From: Piromyces finnis finn
Taxonomy: Eukaryota; Fungi; Neocallimastigomycota
Direction: 5' to 3'
Assembly (NCBI GenBank): GCA_002104945.1
Contig: MCFH01000054.1
Coordinates: 248,001-312,000, forward strand
Length of the DNA: 64,000 nt
The notes under the pieces are model-generated. The model was not told the DNA's origin, did not search any database, and was given only the letters and a program-made list of their open reading frames with translations. The translations under genes and the position numbers were made by a program. Below are positions 14,514 through 26,407 of the stretch, one piece after another (positions within the stretch are counted from its first letter, which is position 1; every line of letters begins with the position of its first letter).

Positions 14514-15686
14514 ATGAGTTCAATTAATAAAGAAATTGAAATAAATATTGCTGAAAAAGAAATAATAGACATTTCTTTAGGTGAAATAAGGAAAGAAGGT
14601 GAAAGTCAAGATAATGTTAAAAATGAAATTAAAAATGAAGGCTCAGAAGATAATAGTCGTTTAAGAAAAATTTGTACCAATCGTTTTTGGTTATATGTAT
14701 TAGCTATAGCATGTACTTTCTTATGGGGTAGTGCATTTCCAAGTGTAAAATTAGGTTATGAAAAATTCCATATTAATAAAAAAGATTTAAAGTCTATCAT
14801 TTTGTTTGCTGGTATAAGATTTACTTTTGCCGGTTTATTAATTATCGCTTTTTATTGTATTATCAGAAAACAATTAATCTTTCCAAAATTAAAACAATTA
14901 CCTGATATTATTGTATTGGGTTTAATTGGTATCTCCTTCCAATATATTTTCTTTTATTTGGGTTTAAGCAATTCAACTGGTGTTAAGTCATCTATTATTA
15001 ATTCACTTAGTACCTTCCTTACTGTTGTTTTCGCTCATTTCGTCTTTAAAAATGATAAAATTACCGTTAGAAAAGCTATTGGTTGTGCTATTGGTATTTT
15101 AGGTGTAATTATCATTAATGTCGGTGGTGCTATCTTTGGAACAAGTAAAGATGGTAAGAAAGTTGATATATCTTTCTCTCTTAATGGGGAAGGTATTCTT
15201 ATGTTATCATGTTTAATGTCAGCAACTTCCACCATTATTGTTAAAATTTTAACCGCAAAAGGTTCAATTTTCAAATCTTTAAGAAATAAAGATACAGAAG
15301 AAGGGGAAAAGAAAAAACCAGATATTATTATGATTACAGGTTATCAAATATTCCTAGGTGCTTTAATTATTGATATTGTTGCATTTATTTGGTTGTTATT
15401 CTCACCTCTTAAGCCAAACGAAAATTCAAATGAAAAACAATATAAAAATGTAAGTTTTTCCGGTTATTTATTATTAATCTATATGTCTTTATTATCAGCG
15501 GTTGCATTTTCCATTTGGAATACATTATTAAGATTTAATAAAGTCGGAAAAATCGCTTTTTTCCGTTTCTTAATTCCAGTTTTTGGAACATTATTATCAG
15601 GAATATTCCTTGGCGAAGGTTTATTTAAATTAGAAAATCTTATTGCTTTAATCTTAGTATGTTTGGGTGTCGTAATTGTATGCTAA
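14514..15686 (+). CDS. EamA/DMT-family transporter, intronless, bacterial-type (paralog 1)
   Basis: 390-aa ORF with about 10 hydrophobic segments and a two-repeat EamA layout. Motifs FLWGSAFPSVKLGY, FAGIRFTFAG, YLGLSNSTGVKSSII, FSIWNTLL, FLIPVFGTLLSGIFLGE. Confidence 0.9.
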   Translation: MSSINKEIEINIAEKEIIDISLGEIRKEGESQDNVKNEIKNEGSEDNSRLRKICTNRFWLYVLAIACTFLWGSAFPSVKLGYEKFHINKKDLKSIILFAGIRFTFAGLLIIAFYCIIRKQLIFPKLKQLPDIIVLGLIGISFQYIFFYLGLSNSTGVKSSIINSLSTFLTVVFAHFVFKNDKITVRKAIGCAIGILGVIIINVGGAIFGTSKDGKKVDISFSLNGEGILMLSCLMSATSTIIVKILTAKGSIFKSLRNKDTEEGEKKKPDIIMITGYQIFLGALIIDIVAFIWLLFSPLKPNENSNEKQYKNVSFSGYLLLIYMSLLSAVAFSIWNTLLRFNKVGKIAFFRFLIPVFGTLLSGIFLGEGLFKLENLIALILVCLGVVIVC

Positions 15687-15783
15687 ATTTATTAAAAAGT
15701 AAAAAGGGAGAAATAAAAAAAAAATAATAATAACAATAAATAGGAATAATAAAAATAACAACAAAAATAGAATAGAATAAAAT

Positions 15784-15818
<35 letters not shown>

Positions 15819-16400
15819 ATTAATAATAATTAACAATATTACTATTATTAATGATATTCATAATAGTAGCAAAAAAAAAAAAAAAAAAAAAAAATTAATA
15901 GATGATAAACTATCAAATAATATCATTATTCCATTATTATTAAATAACAAATTATTTATTTAAATAGAAAATATTTATCATTAATCTGTATTTATTAAAA
16001 AAAATATATAAGTCTTGTATTTAAGCCATATAATAAAAAAAAAGTAATTCATCTTTTACTTTAATAAAAAAAAAAGAGTTAACTTTATTTATAATAAAAA
16101 ATTAAAACCAAAAATGAAATTTTTGTTGTACAATTTATTTTATAATAAATATGGTTTGATTTTTTAAATTGGCACTTTTAATTTACAAAAAGTTTAACCA
16201 TGCTAATTTTTATTTATTTTATTTAAATAAGGAAGAAAAAGAAGAAACAAGCAAATCTTATTTTTAAAATAGAGTTTTATTAATTAAAAATTATATTTTT
16301 TATTTGAAAATTAGAACGATCATTTTGTATACCAAAAAATTATTTCAATCTAAAAAAAAGTTTAAAGTATTTTAAAATATAATGAATGTAGTTTCATTTT

Positions 16401-16599
<199 letters not shown>

Positions 16600-17230
16600 A
16601 AAGTAGAATATATAAACATTAATTTCTTATTAATTATATATCGACTTTACCTTTGAAATTAAAAAAAAAAGTCAGTCATTAAACATTAAATTCAAAGTAA
16701 ACTATATAAAAAGTTTATATTATATCATTTTAAAATGTGTCATCCTATTAATAAATTTTATATAATAATAAAATCTTAAAAGATGAGAATTTAAAAAAAT
16801 AGTATTTATTTATAGTATATATAGTATAATAAAATTACAAAATCAAACTAATGCCTTATATTTATCTTTTTTAATTAAATGTTTTATAAATGGAGAAATA
16901 AAAACAATTGCTTGTGATATTGAAATGAAAGTTTTTTTTTTATTTTATCAGGTAATATATAAAATGAAAAAAGAATCGAGAATTTTTTTTTTTTTATTTT
17001 AAAAAACAATTACTATTATTAATTATATAATAAAAAACAAAAACAAAAAAAAATATTGTTTTATTATCATTATAAAACAATATCATTATAAAATAATAAT
17101 TTTAGTTTTAAAAAAAAAAATAGCTTAAAATTATTTTTTGATTTATCAAATTGTAAAAAAATATATAATATTATAAAATAAAATTATCAATTTTTTAATT
17201 GTTAAAGAATAATAATATTGAATAATAAAA

Positions 17231-18415
17231 ATGGAGGAAACCATTGAAAAATCTCAGGTTGCTGTAGAATTAAATGAGGTGGTGAAGGATCAGAATAATT
17301 GTAAAATCCAAATTCAAGATGACAAGAAATTTGATGGTCAACAAATCGATTCTGTTGATAAAAAAGTATTTTATTCTGTAACGGTAGGAGAAAGTCATGT
17401 TAAAAAAATCTTTACAAAAAGACTTAATATTTATATTTTCGCTATTATTTGTACGTTTCTTTGGGCCTCGGCTTATCCTACCATTCGTTTAGGTTATGAA
17501 GAATTTCATGTAGATAAAAACAATTTAAGAGCATGCTTTCTCTTTGCTGGTTTTCGTTTCACTATATCTGGTGCATTGATTCTTTTAGGTTACTTTGTTG
17601 TAAAGAAAAAGATTGTTTTACCAAAATTAAAGATGTTACCAGATATTCTTACCCTAGGTCTTATCACAGTTACTCTTCAATACATGGTATTTTATGCGGG
17701 TGTTGGTCATACTACAGGTGTGAAGAATTCAGTTATTAATTCATGTAATACATTCTTTTCTGTTATTATGGCCCACTTTTTATTCAAAAACGATAGAATT
17801 ACTATTCGTAAAGCCATTGGATGTTTGGTTGGTTTTTCAGGAGTTATTATTATTAATTTAGGTTTTGATTTCTTCTTTGGTAATGCTGAGAAATTAGAAT
17901 TTGGATTTACATTTAAAGGTGAAGGATTTATGATTATGAATTGTTTAATTTCTTCTATTGGTAATGTATTGGTAAAAATCATTAACACCACCGGATCTCT
18001 ATTCAAAAGATTTAAATATACAAAGGAAGAAAGAGAAAGAAAAAGAATTGATATTATTCTTATTACTGGATGGCAAATGTTTATTGGAGCTGTCATTCTC
18101 GATATTATTGCTCTAATATGGATAAAGATTGATCCTCTTGAACCGATAGAAGGATCCAATGTAAAACCATATACTAGTATTTCTGGATTAGGTTATTTAT
18201 TAATGTTTCATATGGGTCTTATTGCTGCCGTTGCCTTCCCAATTTGGAATACTCTATTAAAGTTTAATAATGTAGGAATGATATCTTTCTTTAACTTTTT
18301 AATTCCGGTATTTGGTACATTCTTATCTGGTCTTCTTCTTGGTGAAAACTTATTGAAAATTGAAAATTTCGTTTCATTAGTTATGGTATGTATAGGTGTA
18401 ATTATTGTTTGTTAG
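17231..18415 (+). CDS. EamA/DMT-family transporter, intronless, bacterial-type (paralog 2)
   Basis: 394-aa ORF collinear with 14514-15686: FLWASAYPTIRLGY, FAGFRFTISG, YAGVGHTTGVKNSVI, FPIWNTLL, FLIPVFGTFLSGLLLGE. Confidence 0.9.
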   Translation: MEETIEKSQVAVELNEVVKDQNNCKIQIQDDKKFDGQQIDSVDKKVFYSVTVGESHVKKIFTKRLNIYIFAIICTFLWASAYPTIRLGYEEFHVDKNNLRACFLFAGFRFTISGALILLGYFVVKKKIVLPKLKMLPDILTLGLITVTLQYMVFYAGVGHTTGVKNSVINSCNTFFSVIMAHFLFKNDRITIRKAIGCLVGFSGVIIINLGFDFFFGNAEKLEFGFTFKGEGFMIMNCLISSIGNVLVKIINTTGSLFKRFKYTKEERERKRIDIILITGWQMFIGAVILDIIALIWIKIDPLEPIEGSNVKPYTSISGLGYLLMFHMGLIAAVAFPIWNTLLKFNNVGMISFFNFLIPVFGTFLSGLLLGENLLKIENFVSLVMVCIGVIIVC

Positions 18416-18486
18416 GTTTATCCTTAAAAATTTCAATTAAAGCAAAAAAAAAAAAGAAGAAACTCTTCAACAATGAGCGTACAAGA

Positions 18487-18523
<37 letters not shown>

Positions 18524-19237
18524 ATGAACCTATTTCTGTACTTTCTGTTATTATATTTATACATTTATACCAATTTTATATCTCTTATAATAAGTAATTA
18601 ATATTATTAATCTTCCTTTTTCCTATTTTTTTAATATAAGAAAAAAAGGCAAAAAGACAAATAGTAAATAATTTATAACTATAGTACAAATTATAGGAAT
18701 GATTTATAAAAATTTTTATTTTTTATAATTTTTTTTTTATATTATCATCTTTCGAATAGATGTATATAATACTATTTAATGTATATATAATTGTATTTTA
18801 TTGCTAATATAACATAAAACATGTAACATGTAAATGAATATAATTCCTTTATTTATAAATATAAAAGAATAATAGCTTATTTTTTTTTAAAAAAATATAT
18901 ATATAAAAATAATATAATAAAATACAATAAAAAACACTTATAAAAAAAAAAAAAAAAGAAATAATTATTTTTTATATAAATATAAAGTTTATAAATGTTT
19001 TTATTTTTTGAATATCAAAATGATTTATTTATTTTATAAAATATTGATGAATTAAATAGTGTAAAAGTATTTATGAAAATTTTAAATGATATTTGGATAA
19101 AAGATTAATATGGTATATTAAAATATTATGAATAAAAAGGAATTCTATATGTTTTTATTATTATTATTATTCCTTCTTTTGATTATTTAAGGGTGGGTTA
19201 AAAGTTCTATGGTATTTTATGTTATTTTTATAATAAT

Positions 19238-20322
19238 TTATGAGGATTTTATTAATATTTGACATATTTCATTTTTTTGTTTAAGATTCATGGTTAGTTC
19301 TTCATAGTTTATGTAAGGTTCATTTGAAAGAAGTGCATAATTTGTTTCAATTTCATCTTTTTTAAGTATTCTATTAAGGATATCTGATACTATTGTTTCC
19401 TATAATAATATTTAAAAAAAAAAAAAATGTAATAATTAAAAGTTTGGTTAGAATTTGAAGTGACTATCATTGTTTCACTAATAAAAAGGCATTTCATTTA
19501 CTTTCAATGAATATTCTTTTTCAAACATTTCAACGGCAGAATTAATTAATTCAAATGTTTCTGATAACAATATTAATTCTTCTTTTTCCTAAATTGAAAT
19601 TTTAATTTTAAAATGTTAATTTTTGTAATAAACTAAAATTATCATAGTTTAAATATTTTATCCCTATTTTTTTTTCATTTACCTCATATTCAATATTATT
19701 TATTTTTGTTTTGATATCAGATGCTATAGCATAAATTTTTAATAAAATTTCATGAACTTTTTTTATTTTATAAATTATTTTAAAATGATAAAATATAGGA
19801 AAATTAGTATTAAAATTTAATTTCATTTCAAGGACTACAAGTAGATACATTACAATTTGATAAAATATTACTAGCTGTTTGACTTCTATCTTTAATTACT
19901 TTTTTAAAAAATGAATAAAAAAGAATTAAATACAATTGAAAATTGAAATTTTTTAGCTTTAAAATTTCTAAAATTTTAATTTTTCACGTACCACTTTTAC
20001 TCATAACTGTTTGATTTAACTGAACATTATTTACAGACCATTCTTCTATTCTGAAATAGATATATTAATTTATTAAAAGGTTAAACAATGATATTTTAGA
20101 TTTTTGATATTGGGAAATATTTCTTTAAAAATTGGAAATTATAGTGTAATATATTTTAGTTTATTAATAGAGTAAAATGATATTAAATATTTACAGTTTT
20201 GTAATTTCCATTAATTTTTTTAAAATATCTATTATCTCATTTTTGTTCTTATAACTTATTTTGGTATAATCTAAATCCTTTAAATTACTGCTGTTGTCGT
20301 TGCTGCTGCGTATGTCTTCCAT
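19238..20322 (-). CDS. Hypothetical ~155-aa helical/coiled-coil protein (5 exons)
   Basis: Hand splice with frame-preserving GT-AG junctions: MEDIRSSNDNSSNLKDLDYTKISYKNKNEIIDILKKLMEITK|LIEEWSVNNVQLNQTVMSKS|VIKDRSQTA|RKEELILLSETFELINSAVEMFEKEYSLK|ETIVSDILNRILKKDEIETNYALLSNEPYINYEELTMNLKQKNEICQILIKSS*. Confidence 0.6.
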
Positions 20323-21232
20323 TTATAAATAACCAAGTTTTTTTTTAAAGTTTATTAAAAGATAAATTATTTTTAGATTAAAAAAAAGCTCCATCTATTG
20401 ATAATACATTTTAAATATTGTATACATAATTTTTAAATGTATACATAAAATATTTTATATTTCAATAAATATATAAAAAAGCTGAAAATAAATATAAAAA
20501 AAAGTGAGGTATATATGCTAATGCTTATAAAACAATTTTATGTATAATATAAATTCATTTTCTTGAAATGAGATAGTGATTATATTAATACTTTATAATG
20601 TAATGTCTTGAAATAAAATAGTGATTATATTAATACTTTAATTGTTATAATATATAAACAACTGTTTTTTTTTTTTTTTTTTTTTCATTTTAATCTTTAT
20701 ATTCTTAATGTGTAAAGTATAAGACATTGAACTATAGTTAATTTTATTCTCTATTTGATAACATCTATGAATTAAATCGTATCTATTAAAGTTATATTCT
20801 AATCATTGAAAAAATCAATTATCAATTAATAATCTATAAGAAAAACGAAATTCTTAAAATACATATAAAGATAATTTATTATAGAATATAGGATTAACCA
20901 CAATCTTTTTTTAAAAAAAAGCATTGTCTTTATTTATCATTAAAAGACTACTCTATATAAATAAAAAAAATAAAAAAAACAATACTAAAGCTTATTGCTT
21001 ATTAATTACACTATTATTATTACTATTATTATTAAATAAGATTTAGCCTTTTTTTCATAAAAAAATTAAAATTAAAACTTAATACTAAATATGTTATAAC
21101 ATTAAAAAAAAAAAACATCTCGACATTTTTTTAATGAAAATAAATAAATATATATATATATATACTTATTTTCTCTCTTTTTTTTTTCCTTTCTCTCTCT
21201 TCTTTTTTATATTAATCTAACATTTTGTACTT

Positions 21233-21287
<55 letters not shown>

Positions 21288-22089
21288 AGAATAGAAAAAA
21301 ACACATCTTTAAAGACACTTTTAATTTAATTCATTCTATTATACATAAAAGTATTTTAAGAAATATTTCAATCAAGTTAAAAATTTATAAAAAAAAAAAT
21401 TCATAATAATAATTAATTATACATATTTGTTATAAACAAAAAAGAAATAATTGATGAAAAATACATAAAAATACTATTACTATTCCTTTCTTTTGTTCAA
21501 CATTAAAAACTTTTTAATATATTTAATGAATAATCGAAAAAAAATTAAGATAAATTAACAAATAACTTTACCTTGAAATCTATTAATAAATAAAATTATT
21601 TAAAATTATTTAATTAATTACCAAGTGAATTTCTATTAAATTTATGAATTTTAAATAAATTATTTTTCTTTTGGAAAGGTCAAACTTTAAACAATAATTA
21701 TCATTAATTATTAGCAGTAAAAGAAAAGAAAAAAAAAAGGTTGTTTTTTTTACCATAGTAAACATTAATTACCTTTTTCATTAATTTATTATAAATAATA
21801 TAAATATAAAATACTATTTTAAAACAAAACATTATTGAAATTTTTTACTCTATAAAAATAACAATATTTTTTTTTTTTTTAATATTTTCTTTTTTTTTTT
21901 TTAAAATAAAAATATAATTAAAAAAAATTAAAATATGATCTAAGTTAAAATTTTAATAATTAATAATAATTATCATTATTATTATTTATTATTTTTTTTA
22001 TCAAAAAAAAAAAAAAATAAAAATAAAAATAAAACTAGTTTACTAATAGTTGAATCTATTTTTTATTATTATAAAAAATATAAATAAAT

Positions 22090-24621
22090 ATGAAGCAAAC
22101 TTTATTAAAGAATAGATTAACATTTAAAGCACTTGGAAATGGGAACAAGAATGATGTTAATAATATTATAAATAAAAATATTGCTAGTGAATTAAATGAT
22201 TGTACCATAACTAGCATAGAAGAATATAGCAAGAAGAAGAAAATGAAAAGTATTAGCAATCATAAAGGTAATAAAAGTCCTAATGAAGAAGGACCAAAAA
22301 CAAATTTTATTACCACAGAGGATGACTATAAAATCTTAATAAATCTTAAAGGTATTAAAAAAGATAATGTAAAATTAGATTTAGTAGGAAATTACTTTAT
22401 TATTAGTTGTCAAAAAACTAAAGTAAATTTGAGTGGAAATGAAGATAATAAAATTTGTTACTACAAGAAATCATTTAAACTTCCTAATGATTGTGTGACC
22501 GAATCAATGCAGGCTAAACTTTATGAAGATCGATTAGAAATTTTAATTGATAGAAAAAATAAAAAAGTTGTTTCAGCATCAGATTCTGACAACATTCCAG
22601 GTGAAGAAGAAGAATATAAAGAAAATTTTATTCATGATATAAGTAAAATGGATACTAATAAATATGAAAAAGAAGGAAAAAACAGAAAAGGTAATTTTAA
22701 TAAGAACGAATCCTCTCAAGTTAATAATAATAGAAAGGTATCCAGTAGAAGTAATGATGATTTTGAGCATATAAAGGAAAAGGCATTAAAAAAGAAAACA
22801 ATATCGGTATCAAATCTTGTTCAATTGAATTTCAATTCAATGATAAAAGGTGTAAAAAAATTCACTTCAGATTCTAATTTATTTTATTTGAATAATAAAA
22901 ATAAATTGTTGTATATAAACTCATCATCCTTATACAAATCATTAAAAGTTCCAAAGAAGCCAAATAAATTGGAGCTTTCAACATTTTTGCCGCCAGAGTT
23001 AACTAAAGATTCTAATACAACATCTAAAATGGTGAAAAATCAAAGAAAACCACAAAAAAAATCAAAACCTACTACGCATCATCTTAACAAATCAAACGAA
23101 TCACCCAGAAAATTAAATTCAAACCATGATATATTTAATAAATCAAAACAAACTTGTCATTCTAATTCTTATGTTGTCAAAAATGAAATGCTTAATAAAT
23201 ATAATTCCTCTCAAGATATTGTCAAAGAAAGAAAATTAAGTGTAAAATCTAATTCAGATCATGAATTATTTGTAAGGAGAAAGGAATCTCATGGAAATTC
23301 TGAATGGGTTGTTGTATCCAGACGAAAACAATTTAAAGGAAAAAGTTTATCAACCAAAGATTCTCAAGCATTAATTCCTCTTCCTATGCCAAATGATAAT
23401 ACTAATGATAATTCCAACAAATTACGTTTTAGAGATCCAAATAATTATTATACCGATCTATATCTTAGTAATGACAGTACTATATATGCTTCAACATTAT
23501 CGTTTGATAATGCTTTCGTAAGTGTGATAAATGTCAGTGATGATATCGATGATGATATCCCAAAAACTAATAAAGTTAATAAAATTAAAAATATTGAAAA
23601 GTCAAAATCCGTAGATAACAAAAGTAGAAATCAAAAAGACATAAATTCAAACAATGAAAATAAAAGTTCAAAATCCGTAGATAACAAAAGTAGAAATCAA
23701 AAAGACATAAATTCAAACAATGAAAATAAAAGTTCAAAATCTCCTGATAGCAAAAGAAAAAGCCAAAGAAATGTTAACGATAATAATGAAAATAAAACTT
23801 CAAAATCTACTGATAACAAAAGAAAAAGTCAAAGAGATGTTAACGATAACAATAAGAGTATTCATCGTATGGTTATGAATAGTTTAATTCCTATATCCTC
23901 GTCAAGACCTCAGAGTCCAAATTGTAGTTTTATTTCTCGCCAAGAAAGTCTTAAGAAAAATAATATTTCTCCTACTCCAACATTAAAATCTACTAGACGA
24001 ACCTCTCCAACAAATGGAATTAGAAAGAATTTAATTCCAACTATCGATTCAACTTCCTATCAAAAAGTAAGTCCCTGTCCCCGTTCTAACTCTAGTGTTA
24101 GCATTAAAAATAAAAATTTATTAATACACTCATATAGTCAAAGTGACAATAATCCTAAAAATAAATGTATATACAGTCGTTCTGCCAGTCTCACGAATAA
24201 TAAACCACCTTGGAATTACGGCAGTATTAAACCTGAAAACAATAATTCTATGAATAGTTATTATAATGTTAAAGCAGAAATCTTAAAAAGACTAAATAGT
24301 GATCAAAAGAAACCTTTAACAAAGTTAAAGGTTGAAACTAAAAGAACTAAACCAGTTTCTAATATGGATAAAAGGGAGGATAATACACCACATAATATAT
24401 ATAATCGTTTAAGACATAATTCATCCATTCCATCATCTCCTAATAAATGTTCATCTCCAGTAAATAAATCACTTTTAATAATTACAAATAATGATAATTT
24501 AATTATTAAGAAATCAAAAATCCCATATTCCCCTCAAAGTAAAAATACTATCACAAAAATAGATGATTTTATTATTAAATCACTCATCCTTAATAACAAA
24601 ATTCCAACTATAGCATTTTAA
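22090..24621 (+). CDS. 843-aa intronless protein: N-terminal Hsp20/alpha-crystallin-like domain plus long S/N/K-rich disordered tail
   Basis: Residues ~74-155 (TTEDDYKILINLKGIKKDNVKLDL...YKKSFKLPNDCVTESMQAKLYEDRLEILIDRK) follow the alpha-crystallin beta-strand pattern. The remainder is low-complexity. Confidence 0.7.
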   Translation: MKQTLLKNRLTFKALGNGNKNDVNNIINKNIASELNDCTITSIEEYSKKKKMKSISNHKGNKSPNEEGPKTNFITTEDDYKILINLKGIKKDNVKLDLVGNYFIISCQKTKVNLSGNEDNKICYYKKSFKLPNDCVTESMQAKLYEDRLEILIDRKNKKVVSASDSDNIPGEEEEYKENFIHDISKMDTNKYEKEGKNRKGNFNKNESSQVNNNRKVSSRSNDDFEHIKEKALKKKTISVSNLVQLNFNSMIKGVKKFTSDSNLFYLNNKNKLLYINSSSLYKSLKVPKKPNKLELSTFLPPELTKDSNTTSKMVKNQRKPQKKSKPTTHHLNKSNESPRKLNSNHDIFNKSKQTCHSNSYVVKNEMLNKYNSSQDIVKERKLSVKSNSDHELFVRRKESHGNSEWVVVSRRKQFKGKSLSTKDSQALIPLPMPNDNTNDNSNKLRFRDPNNYYTDLYLSNDSTIYASTLSFDNAFVSVINVSDDIDDDIPKTNKVNKIKNIEKSKSVDNKSRNQKDINSNNENKSSKSVDNKSRNQKDINSNNENKSSKSPDSKRKSQRNVNDNNENKTSKSTDNKRKSQRDVNDNNKSIHRMVMNSLIPISSSRPQSPNCSFISRQESLKKNNISPTPTLKSTRRTSPTNGIRKNLIPTIDSTSYQKVSPCPRSNSSVSIKNKNLLIHSYSQSDNNPKNKCIYSRSASLTNNKPPWNYGSIKPENNNSMNSYYNVKAEILKRLNSDQKKPLTKLKVETKRTKPVSNMDKREDNTPHNIYNRLRHNSSIPSSPNKCSSPVNKSLLIITNNDNLIIKKSKIPYSPQSKNTITKIDDFIIKSLILNNKIPTIAF
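23602..23860 (+). repeat. Coding tandem repeat, 66-bp (22-aa) unit x4
   Basis: SKSVDNKSRNQKDINSNNENKS occurs twice identically (starts 23602 and 23668), followed by two diverged copies (23734, 23800). Confidence 0.9.
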
Positions 24622-25601
24622 ATTATTAAAAAAAAAATAACAATCAATTTTTTTTTCCACATTTAAAAATAATAAATGTATATTTTATATGTTATATATA
24701 TGTTATCATAAGCATCATCATATAAGTATCTATTATATCTATTATACTTTAACTATTAAAACTATTAAAATAATCTATTATAAAATAATTATATATATAT
24801 AATAAAATAATAATAATAAAAAAAAAAAAAAAACAGACATAATAAATTAATTATTAAAATATTTAATAGTGTGTAGCACGTGCAAAATTTTATTTTAAAA
24901 AGTGGAATATTATTTTTTTTTTTTCTTTTTTTTTTTGTTCAATTTAAAAAAGTTATCCTATTTTTTAATTGACAAAGTAAATTCAACTTTGAAAAAGAAA
25001 ATAATATATTATTTGAAAATATTGAAATAGTAGTACATTTTAATAATAAGAATAATAAAATAATGAGAACCTGAATTTCAAGATTTAATTAAATTGATGA
25101 ATGATATAAAGAACTGAAATTTTGCACTTTTTATTTATCTAAATTCAAATAATACAACAGCTAAAAATTATAATACAAAAAAATAAAAAGTAATAAAATA
25201 AAATAATTAAACAGTAAAAGAATTTTAAAATTAATATTCTATTCTATTGATTAAATAAGTAGTAATTACAAAAATTTAAAACAGTAATCATTTTCACATA
25301 TAGCGATTTATAAATTTCAAAATAAAAAAAAAAATAAATTATTCAATAAAACAATAAAAATAAAAAATATATTTATTGAGATAATCGAATAGATATATAT
25401 ATACATACTAATAAGCAATAACAATAATAAATTTACTCATTGAGATATTCAAAAATAAAAGTTTCATATTAATTTATTAAACAAAATTACATTTGAATTA
25501 AAAATTTATAAATTACATTCGTAATATTCAATAATAATAAAAACAAAAAATTACATATTAAAACATTTAATAGAATTACATTTGTGTCTATATTATTAAA
25601 A

Positions 25602-26407
25602 ATGCAATTTGAAACTATCGAAAAGCAAGTTAAAATATTATTTTCATTTTGTATTGTAAGTCCATTATTTTTTTTTTTTTTTTTTTTAATATTATAATTA
25701 TTATTTTTTCAATAGTATTAATATTATTTATGATATTCATTTATCCATATGTATTCTAGTTTGTTCAATGTCTTGATATATTATACTTTATAATATTTGG
25801 TGAGGGATTCATCATTGAAAAAATAGTATATATATTACCTATGTTACTATTTGCCATTTTCCCGGGATTTTTATTATATGCACTAGTGAAGGTATTTTAT
25901 TATACACTTATTTATTTATTAATTGATAGTAAATTCAACTATAATATTTTTTTTTTTATTATTCATGTAATAATAAAAACATTTTAATTTATTTAATTAA
26001 TAGGGAAATAAATATATTCTAGTAAAATTTAATATATTATTTGAAGGTCTTCCATTTTACTATATTGCTATTGCAATAAAAAATATGATATGTTGGTCTT
26101 TTGAATTTATAAATAATGACATATCATTTTTTAATCTTATTGATTTTAAAAATCCTATGATCATGGGAGTAATGTTAGTTGTATTGATTGTTATAATAGT
26201 AACTATGGTAAGTGGTTTAATATCAAAGCAATGTCTATATTATTTTAAAAGCATTAAATGTATTTAACATTTATTAATCTATTATATATTATATATGTAT
26301 AGATATATTCAAGAAATATACTAAAAACTTATGTTAAAAAACTAAAAACTGAAAACAGAGCCTTAATTGGAGAAAGTGAAGAGGCTGTTCTATTAAAAAT
26401 GATTTAA
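25602..26407 (+). CDS. Hypothetical small multi-pass membrane protein (4 exons)
   Basis: Hand splice: MQFETIEKQVKILFSFCI|FVQCLDILYFIIFGEGFIIEKIVYILPMLLFAIFPGFLLYALVK|GNKYILVKFNILFEGLPFYYIAIAIKNMICW...IMGVMLVVLIVIIVTM|IYSRNILKTYVKKLKTENRALIGESEEAVLLKMI*. All junctions are phase 0 GT-AG; about 4 hydrophobic segments. Confidence 0.6.

Noticed and set aside
21238-21286. 49-nt poly(A) run as a retroposon tail
   Set aside because: No target-site duplication or element body was recognisable, and long A/T runs occur throughout the window.
23602-23860. KR-containing tandem repeat as a possible Kex2-processed pheromone precursor
   Set aside because: It lies inside a protein with no signal peptide, lacks X-A/X-P spacers, and KR occurs in only two of four units.
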